Virus record (IMG/VR): IMGVR_UViG_3300028586_000339
Coordinates: 1-42,957 of that record
DNA: 42,957 nucleotides
Strand: one strand, 5' to 3'
From: a virus
Taxonomy: Duplodnaviria; Caudoviricetes
The position numbers and the translations under genes were made by a program. Under the pieces are notes generated by a model. The model saw nothing but the letters and a program-made list of their open reading frames with translations. It was not told where the DNA came from and searched no databases. Positions 36,686-42,957 of this stretch are shown in pieces; position 1 is the first letter of the stretch; each line of letters begins with the position of its first letter.

Positions 36686-38734
36686 ATGAAGAAGATCCTG
36701 CTCTGGGATATGCGCTTTCCGAAGCGTGATCCGATCCGCCTCAACGTCGCCGACACCATCGCATCGGCAATCGTGCGCTCGGGCGTAGGCGCGGCAGCAG
36801 ATCCGGCGGACGCCGGCGCGCTATCCACTGGTAGCGCGCTCGATCCGACCATGTTGACCGAGGTCGTCCTTCAGCATGGTGCGGCCAACAATATGACCGC
36901 CCGGGTTTTCCTGCCCTACAGCGTGGTGCTGGTCGGCGCGGCTGCGGGCATGCTCGCGTCCATCGGCACGCCTATCGCCGGGCTGCCGGCCCCGTTGCCG
37001 ACGGTTACGCTCTCCGCGTCGATCTCGAAGGCCGAAGGCAATAGCGGCGCGAACCTCTACACCTATACAGTCACGCGATCGGCAACCGCCGGCGCGATCT
37101 CGGTGCCTTGGTCGTTCGCAGCTGGCACCACCAGCGCTGACGACTTCACCGGTGGTTCCTACCCGGCCGGCAGTGCGGTCGCCCTCGCAGATGGCCAAGC
37201 CAGCGGCACGTTCGCGGTGAGCGTCAACGGCGACACCGTCGTCGAGGCGGACGAGCTGTTCACCGTGACGATCTCGCCGCCGGCTGGCTACTCGGCCGGT
37301 GCGAGCTTGAGTGCGACGGGCACCATCCTGAATGACGATGCAGCTGCCACGCCACAGCTGACGGCTACGCCAGCATCGAAGACGATCGCCGCTAACTCCC
37401 CCTCCGGCACGCTCCTGTTCGCGATCGGCAACGTACCCGCAGGCGTAACGCCGACTGTCAGCCCGAACGATGGTCGCTTTGCCGTCGCGGGCGACGCCAC
37501 GAACGGCTGGAAAGTTGTTACGGGTCTTTCGGCGCTATCAGCCGGGTCTGTGAGCGTAACAGCCGTAGCTGCAGGAGCAACGAGCGTCGCCGTGGCCGTG
37601 ACCATCTCGGCCGTGACGTTGCCGAAGCTGTCGGCGGGCATCGCCCGCGTCAAAGCCGGCACCGGTCGTGCCGTCGTCGCCATGATCGGCGACAGCGTAA
37701 CGGATGGATGGGGCGGCGGTGCAACAACCGGCACAGCGACCGGCACGACACCAAGCGTCAGCCCGAACTTCAAGCGTGCCAATAGCTATCCATCGCAGCT
37801 TGCCGCTTCGTATACTGCGGCAGGCGTCCCTTCGCGATCTGATGCGTTTATCTCAGGAGTCACGAAGTCCGAGGCAATCGCTGATTTGCTTTCGGCTTAT
37901 CCGAACATGACCGCAGGAACCGGTTGGTCCGTTTCCAACATCGCCAGCCTTGGTGGAGGACTGTTGACTTGTTCCAGTTCAGGAACCGGAGCGCTGACTT
38001 TCCAGCCGCTGTTCACTGCTGATACCTTCGACATTATCGTTACGGGCTTCTCAGGCTTAGGACAGTTCACAGTAACCGATGTTGCCAGCGGCACTATATT
38101 AGCAACAATCGATGAAACGGATGTTACGCAAGGTATCAAGCAAGGTACGAGTGCGGCACGTATCGTCCCTGTAACACGATCCGCTCACACGACCGATCCA
38201 ATTTCGATCCAGCGCATTTCGGGTGGGGCGCTATTCATCATCGCAATCATTCCGCGCGACAGCACGTCTCCGCGCCTTGAATTTCTTAACATGGGTTATC
38301 CCGGATCGAAAACTAACGATTGGGTTACGACCGCTGATAATTCCGCATGGGCACCGATTTTTGCGCTTGGCCTGCTCAACGGGTATATTGATGCGTTCCA
38401 GATTGAACTAGGCCCGAATGATGCAAACGGGTCTGTTGCAGCTTCGACCTATCAGACTAATCTTCAAACTCTCGCTACTAAGCTATCCAGCTACGGTGAC
38501 GGCACGTTAGTAAAGACACACCCGGCGAATCCAACCACAAACAGTTACAACTTACCATCAGCATATCTGTCTGCGATTGATACCGTGCAGGCGTCGCTAA
38601 ACAGCAACCCGGCGCTCGATTTTAACTCACTGTCTTACGTTACCAGCGACTATTACGATAGCATCCATTTGGCACAGCCGGGATATGGTAAGGAAGCATC
38701 AGCATGGAAGGCGTACACAGACGCCAAGGTCTAA
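36686..38734 (+). CDS. Calx-beta plus SGNH/GDSL esterase protein, probably virion-associated
   Basis: Calx-beta (AEGNSG...YTVTRS...VNGDTVVEADELFTVTIS...ATGTILNDD); SGNH blocks IGDSVTDG, NMGYPG, LGPND, DSIH. Confidence 0.8.
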   Translation: MKKILLWDMRFPKRDPIRLNVADTIASAIVRSGVGAAADPADAGALSTGSALDPTMLTEVVLQHGAANNMTARVFLPYSVVLVGAAAGMLASIGTPIAGLPAPLPTVTLSASISKAEGNSGANLYTYTVTRSATAGAISVPWSFAAGTTSADDFTGGSYPAGSAVALADGQASGTFAVSVNGDTVVEADELFTVTISPPAGYSAGASLSATGTILNDDAAATPQLTATPASKTIAANSPSGTLLFAIGNVPAGVTPTVSPNDGRFAVAGDATNGWKVVTGLSALSAGSVSVTAVAAGATSVAVAVTISAVTLPKLSAGIARVKAGTGRAVVAMIGDSVTDGWGGGATTGTATGTTPSVSPNFKRANSYPSQLAASYTAAGVPSRSDAFISGVTKSEAIADLLSAYPNMTAGTGWSVSNIASLGGGLLTCSSSGTGALTFQPLFTADTFDIIVTGFSGLGQFTVTDVASGTILATIDETDVTQGIKQGTSAARIVPVTRSAHTTDPISIQRISGGALFIIAIIPRDSTSPRLEFLNMGYPGSKTNDWVTTADNSAWAPIFALGLLNGYIDAFQIELGPNDANGSVAASTYQTNLQTLATKLSSYGDGTLVKTHPANPTTNSYNLPSAYLSAIDTVQASLNSNPALDFNSLSYVTSDYYDSIHLAQPGYGKEASAWKAYTDAKV

Positions 38735-38737
38735 TGG

Positions 38738-38944
38738 TCAGGGTACGGCCTTGTTACCCGCGCAGTCGCAGCAGATCCACGACCACTCTGGTTCGGCCGC
38801 AGCGGCGTGAACGCCAACTACAGGGACGCCGCACTCACTGCAGCGTCCCTCGGCGCGCCACGCCTCCCGTTGCACATCACCGGCTCGCATTTTGTCGAGC
38901 ATAGTTCGAAACGGGAGCAGCAGGGCCTCTAGGAATGCTTTCAT
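38738..38944 (-). CDS. Small Cys-motif hypothetical protein
   Basis: CSECG...CCDC. Confidence 0.45.
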   Translation of the reverse strand: MKAFLEALLLPFRTMLDKMRAGDVQREAWRAEGRCSECGVPVVGVHAAAAEPEWSWICCDCAGNKAVP

Positions 38945-39104
38945 GACGCATCGACCTTAGATCGGTGGTTCCGGGATCCGAACGGTGCCCGCAGCCACGT
39001 GCGGACCCGCGTAGCTCGCGGTAAGTCGAGAGCCGCGCAGACCTATGCAGTAGCGGTTCAATGCTCGCAAGGTCGAGCCGCATCCTCAATCTTTGAAACA
39101 GCCA

Positions 39105-39125
39105 CCCTGCTTCGGCGGGGCTTTT
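39105..39125 (+). terminator. Rho-independent terminator
   Basis: CCCTGC-TTCG-GCGGGG followed by CTTTT. Confidence 0.55.
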
Positions 39126-39142
39126 AGCGTGAGGTCATTCTG

Positions 39143-39436
39143 ATGCGAACCATCTACTTCGATGACCTGCGCCTCGTCGCCACGCCGATCCTTCCCGGAT
39201 CTGTCGCCGTTCGCATGCATCGAAAAGACGAGGCTGCCTACTTCGCCAACATCATCGCATCACCGCTTGCTGAGGGTCGCGAGCTCTACCTATCAAGCCA
39301 CCTGTCAACGGTGGGTACACTGTCCCACCGCAAGTGGCTTACTGCCGCTGCCGAGTTCTACCCCGACTTGACAGCGGTGCTGTTCGAACGTCACGGTGCA
39401 GACGGTAAATTTACGAACCACAGGCTGGAATTATGA
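39143..39436 (+). CDS. Hypothetical protein
   Basis: GAGG RBS; 97 aa protein-like ORF. Confidence 0.6.
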   Translation: MRTIYFDDLRLVATPILPGSVAVRMHRKDEAAYFANIIASPLAEGRELYLSSHLSTVGTLSHRKWLTAAAEFYPDLTAVLFERHGADGKFTNHRLEL

Positions 39437-39570
39437 ACCGTCGCCGGTCCGATCTCGGCCTTCTTTTGATTGCAGCTACGATGGTGGTCGGCTCGCTTAT
39501 CTGGGCCTGGCACGAGAGGCGCGTCGAGAACCGCCGGCCGCCGGTTGAGCACATCAACACCGCACATTGA
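39433..39570 (+). CDS. Small single-TM protein (45 aa)
   Basis: Manual translation MNRRRSDLGLLLIAATMVVGSLIWAWHERR...; ATGA coupling to the upstream ORF. Confidence 0.45.
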   Translation: MNRRRSDLGLLLIAATMVVGSLIWAWHERRVENRRPPVEHINTAH

Positions 39571-39939
39571 AGACGCTCTCGACGGGCGGTTCGGTCGCTG
39601 GCATAGCTAAGCCGTTCGGTCATCCCTAGCCGGAAGGTTGAACCCCCGCGCGCGCGGTTATCGAGGTCACCGGTTCGCCGGGTGGCCTGCGAAATAGAAG
39701 ACCCTTCGGGGGAATACGCGGGGCGCAGTCGCCTCGATCTGCGCGGCTAGCCGCCCGGTACCAGGCGGCGAAGCTGCCTGGGTACTGACCCCGATATTCC
39801 CCCGAAGCCACTCCCCAGTTCAGCGCCGCTGGCGCCCCAAAGATCCCGCGATCACTTGGTCGCGGCACCGCCGATCACATCGATCGGCGGCCATACCGCG
39901 CGTTCTAGTCGGCGCGCCTTCCCTCCACAGAAGGACATT

Positions 39940-40731
39940 ATGACCGGCTCCATCGTCGTTAGAACCCCTGCGCCTTATCTCGGCGGCAAGCGCAACCTGT
40001 CCCGCCATCTGGTCGGCCTGATCGGCGAGACCCCGCACCGTACCTATGTCGAGCCGTTCGTCGGCATGGGTGGCATCTTCCTTAAACGTCCGGCCGCCGC
40101 GCCCGTCGAGGTCATCAACGATCTGTCGCGCGACGTCGCGACCTTGTTCCGGATCCTCCAGCGCCACTACGAGGCGTTCATGGACACGCTGAAGTGGCAG
40201 CTCAGCAGCCGCGCGGACTTCGAACGGCTGCTCGCCACCAACGCCGATACGCTGACGGACCTCGAACGCGCTGCGCGCTTCCTGTACCTTCAGCAGCTGT
40301 CGTTCGGAGGCAAGGTCACCGGCCGTAACTTCGGCGTCGACAAGCGGGCGCCAGCGCGCTTCGACGTCGCCAAGCTTCGCGAGAAGCTACCGGAGATCCA
40401 CGAACGCCTCGCCGGTGTGACGATCGAGTGCCTGTCCTACGCTGACGTGATCCGCCGCTATGACTCGGCCGAGACGCTGTTCTACCTCGATCCGCCATAT
40501 TGGAACTGCGAGAAGGACTATGGCGACGGCTTCGAGCGTGCCGACTTCGAGCGCCTGGCTGACCAGCTGGGGGGGATCGCCGGCAAGTTCATCCTGTCGA
40601 TCAACGATACGCCTGGCGCCCGAGCTGTGTTTGGCCGCTTTAACCTTTCGGACATCGAGACGAGCTATACAGTCGGCTCGGCAAGCGCCGGCGCGGGGAA
40701 GCGCGTCGGCGAACTCATCGTCCGAAATTGA
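39940..40731 (+). CDS. Orphan DNA adenine methyltransferase (D12/Dam class)
   Basis: PYLGGKRNL, YVEPFVGMGGI, EVIND, FYLDPPY; AAGGA RBS. Confidence 0.93.
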   Translation: MTGSIVVRTPAPYLGGKRNLSRHLVGLIGETPHRTYVEPFVGMGGIFLKRPAAAPVEVINDLSRDVATLFRILQRHYEAFMDTLKWQLSSRADFERLLATNADTLTDLERAARFLYLQQLSFGGKVTGRNFGVDKRAPARFDVAKLREKLPEIHERLAGVTIECLSYADVIRRYDSAETLFYLDPPYWNCEKDYGDGFERADFERLADQLGGIAGKFILSINDTPGARAVFGRFNLSDIETSYTVGSASAGAGKRVGELIVRN

Positions 40732-40739
40732 GGAGCGGT

Positions 40740-40838
40740 GGGGGTATCGGCTGGGGTAAGCCCCTGGCCGATACCGCTGGAATACCGCACAAAAGCGCCA
40801 TTTTCGACAACACGCGGCGGAGCAGTCCTCCGCCGCGC
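40740..40838 (+). repeat. att-like site D (arm pair plus core)
   Basis: GGGGGTA at 40740 and TGGGGTA at 40752; core ACGCGGCGGA-GCAGTCC-TCCGCCGCGC at 40812-40838. Confidence 0.8.
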
Positions 40839-40934
40839 CCACCAGTTGATTCCTCTACGCATCCCCGTCAAACAGAACCGACGAAGGGGCATCTCATTAC
40901 AGCAGCAGCCTCGCCGCTAGATTGGAGATGGACG

Positions 40935-41171
40935 ATGTCCCACGCATGGAATGACGCAATCCAGGAGTTCGCGGCGACGTCAGCCGCGCTAAACGCCCGC
41001 GCGTTGGCACGGGCGGGCTTGCTCACCGAAGCTGAGCGGAACAACATGCTAGTTCTGCTTGCCGCAGCTGAGAAGGCTGCACGCACTCCCGATCAAATTG
41101 CGATCGCCTTTTCAATCCGTCACATACTCAGCGCTTTGGTAACTTCGAAGGAACACTCGCCCACCTCGTGA
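40935..41171 (+). CDS. Small helical protein between cores D and E
   Basis: GGAG RBS; 78 aa; its stop abuts core E. Confidence 0.6.
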   Translation: MSHAWNDAIQEFAATSAALNARALARAGLLTEAERNNMLVLLAAAEKAARTPDQIAIAFSIRHILSALVTSKEHSPTS

Positions 41172-41198
41172 ACGCGGCGGAGCATTCCTCCGCCGCGT
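41172..41198. repeat. Core-only site E
   Basis: ACGCGGCGGA-GCATTCC-TCCGCCGCGT, perfect inverted repeat; 24 of 25 bp identical to core D over 40813-40837. Confidence 0.8.
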
Positions 41199-41435
41199 GA
41201 CTGCGGGATTTCGGCCGTGGCTGGCATCAAACAGAACGGCGTGGCATCATGCTGTCGCAGAAATCCTGCCAAATTTCCTCCATCCATGCCTCCAGCTCGC
41301 TGCCCGAATTCTGCTCGGTTGGGCGGTGGTTATGTTGGGTGGCACTTCCACAGATCGGACAAGTCGAAGCGCGTTGCTCCTCAGGCTCGCTGCCTTCCTC
41401 GGTATCGGCCACTCGGCTTGCCCCCCCAGGCAGTG

Positions 41436-41461
41436 ACGCAGCGAGGGGTTCATCGCCGCGT
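41436..41461. repeat. Degenerate core-only site F
   Basis: ACGCAGCGA-GGGGTTC-ATCGCCGCGT; centre identical to core C. Confidence 0.55.
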
Positions 41462-41653
41462 ACGAATCGCAAACTACAAATTCTGGTAACTCGCAGCGAC
41501 TAGGGAGAATCCCCTAGCCGCGAACGCTTCCGACGTAGATCTCGGTTCCGATCACGGCGGCGATCCGCACCCACTTCATCGGCTTTTGTCGATCGTCCAC
41601 GATACGCAAACACCGTTGTCGATCGCCGATTGCCGTTCCACGATACACAAAGC

Positions 41654-41680
41654 ACGCGGCGGAGACTTCCTCCGTCGCGT
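41654..41680. repeat. Core-only site G
   Basis: ACGCGGCGGA-GACTTCC-TCCGTCGCGT. Confidence 0.78.
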
Positions 41681-41686
41681 CTGCTG

Positions 41687-41872
41687 CTATCCCACAAATG
41701 GCATTTCAACGTGACCCAGCGTCTCTCGCTTCAGCGCGACCATGCGCGCAGCGTGATATGCTGCTTTCCGAAAATGCATTTCGCGCCCGGCGTCGTTCGT
41801 CTCCGTGGCAGCCAATTCGCATTCGTACGCTTCAAGAAAGCGCAGGCGATCGATCAGTTCTTTGTTCGGCAT
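41687..41872 (-). CDS. Small hypothetical protein ending beside core G
   Basis: GAGGGGG RBS; MPNKELIDRLRFLEAYECELAA...; its stop is 6 bp from core G. Confidence 0.55.
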   Translation of the reverse strand: MPNKELIDRLRFLEAYECELAATETNDAGREMHFRKAAYHAARMVALKRETLGHVEMPFVG

Positions 41873-42029
41873 GATATTGGCCCCCTCTGGGTCGATAGCA
41901 TTGAACCTAGTATCTACTTGATTTCAGATAATTCTAACTGCTTCGCCGCTTCGCTGCGACTCTCATCACTTACAACTTACCGAGCTTCGGTAGCTGGTTT
42001 CACCGATCTATTCTTTAACAGAGGTTTGT

Positions 42030-42957
42030 ATGCTGACAAACGCTGCGGTGAAAGCCGCGCGGTCGCGTTCGCGCGCCTACAAGATGTTCGACGAGCGGGG
42101 ACTGCACCTGCACGTTGCCACCAGCGGCCGCGCCACGTGGCGGATCAAGTATCGGCTGGCCGGTGCCGAGCAGCTGCTGACGATCGGCTGTTATCCCGAG
42201 ATCTCGCTCAATGCCGCGCGCCAGCACCTTGACCAGGCGCGCGAGCAGATCGCGCGGGGCATAAAGCCCGCATCGCCGGCGGCGGCCAAGGCAGCGCTGA
42301 TGACCTTCGAACAGGTCGCGCGCTCCTGGCATGCGCGGAAGCAGTCGGGCTGGGCCCAGGCGCATGCGGCCGACGTTCTCGCCAGCCTTGAGCGCGACGT
42401 GTTCGCGCCGATCGGCGCGTTCCCCTGCGACGAGATCAGCGCATCCGACGTGCGCGAGCTCCTGGAAGTCGTCGAGGGGCGTGGTCGGGTCGAGACGGCC
42501 CGCCGGCTGCGCCAGCGCATAGAGGCGATCTTCGCATTCGCGATCTCGCACGATCAGGCCACCGCCAACCCGGCAAAGCCGGTCGCGGCCGCGCTCGCCG
42601 CGGCACCGCGCAAGCGGCGCCAGCCGGCGCTGCTGACGATCGCTGACGCGCGCGAGCTGCTCGCGGCATGCGATCGCGCGGCCGGCCGGCCGATCGTGCG
42701 CCTGGCGTCGCGCTTTCTCGCTTTGACGGCCGTCCGCCTGGACGCGCTGCGCGGCGCGCGCTGGTCGGAGATCGAGGATCTCGACGGGCCGGCGCCGCTG
42801 TGGCGCGTGCCGGCCGCGCGCATGAAGCTCGCCCGGGTGAAGAAGGACGACGCCGCGTTCGATCATCAGGTGCCGCTCGCGCCGGCGGCCGTGGTGATCC
42901 TGCACGCCGCGCGCGCGATCGCCGGCGGCGGCGAGCTGATCTTCCCCGGCGCGCGCG
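42030..42957 (+). CDS. int: P4-family tyrosine integrase with N-terminal arm-binding domain (runs off the right edge; absent from the ORF track)
   Basis: Manual translation MLTNAAVKAARSRSRAYKMFDERGLHLHVATSGRATWRIKYRLAGAEQLLTIGCYPEISLNAAR...TFEQVARSWH...SLERDVF...LALTAVRLDALRGARWSEI...WRVPAARMK...HQVPL. Confidence 0.93.
   Translation, partial: MLTNAAVKAARSRSRAYKMFDERGLHLHVATSGRATWRIKYRLAGAEQLLTIGCYPEISLNAARQHLDQAREQIARGIKPASPAAAKAALMTFEQVARSWHARKQSGWAQAHAADVLASLERDVFAPIGAFPCDEISASDVRELLEVVEGRGRVETARRLRQRIEAIFAFAISHDQATANPAKPVAAALAAAPRKRRQPALLTIADARELLAACDRAAGRPIVRLASRFLALTAVRLDALRGARWSEIEDLDGPAPLWRVPAARMKLARVKKDDAAFDHQVPLAPAAVVILHAARAIAGGGELIFPGAR

Larger units (their letters stand above)
2075..42957. 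mobile_element. Lambda-like (siphovirus) prophage; right end beyond the window
   Basis: att-like left end, AlpA, cI/cro switch, GpA-type terminase, lambda-family portal, ClpP-capsid fusion, tail tube, tape measure, lysozyme, integrase. Confidence 0.92.

Noticed and set aside
29527-38734. Diversity-generating retroelement or tail-fibre shufflon
   Set aside because: No reverse transcriptase, no template/variable repeat pair and no core sites seen within the tail genes.
39940-40731. Restriction-modification system
   Set aside because: No neighbouring endonuclease; orphan methylases are common in such prophages.
41275-41293. Minus-strand GGAGGCA/GGAGGAA pair as arm sites for core E
   Set aside because: Degenerate, and about 95 bp from the core rather than 71-74 bp.
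41492-41522. Hairpin GCGACTAGGG-AGAATC-CCCTAGCCGC as another core
   Set aside because: The stem sequence does not match the consensus; left unclassified.
40812-41680. CRISPR array interpretation of the palindromic repeats
   Set aside because: Intervals are 218-360 bp and irregular, repeat centres vary, and there are no cas genes.
7937-41680. Cores as plain rho-independent terminators or classical integron attC sites
   Set aside because: There are no U tracts, and the fixed 71-72 bp spacing from a second motif would be unexplained. They lack RYYYAAC/GTTRRRY ends, and the integrase is P4-type rather than IntI. A secondary terminator role for E and G is not excluded.

Overview
High-GC alphaproteobacterial DNA, probably sphingomonad (inferred from GapR, MucR, GTTC-N7-GTTC boxes and the tRNA fragment). 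Bases 1-2011 are host genes: a YbbP/YbbA-like ABC transporter and a TesA-like arylesterase. From about 2075 to the right edge lies a lambda-like siphovirus prophage whose left end is a duplicated tRNA 3' end (probably tRNA-Tyr) with P4-integrase-type arm repeats. It contains a leftward early operon (AlpA, GapR, CII-like, Cro), a repressor with no autocleavage domain, a cargo hotspot (OpgC, MucR) and two alphaproteobacterial LexA boxes. It also has a NusG-like antiterminator, head/tail genes, a GH5 glucanase tail protein, lysis genes, a Calx-beta/SGNH protein, a DNA adenine methylase and a P4-type integrase that runs off the window. The main unexplained structure is a family of seven 26-27 bp palindromic sites (consensus ACGCGGCGGA-7 bp-TCCGYCGCGT). 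Four of them lie 71-72 bp behind a GGGGGTA direct-repeat pair, the same layout as the prophage's own att end. They bracket the cargo genes and form a mini-array next to the integrase. This suggests an integron-like cassette system run by a P4-family tyrosine recombinase inside a phage. No replication gene is recognisable in the window.
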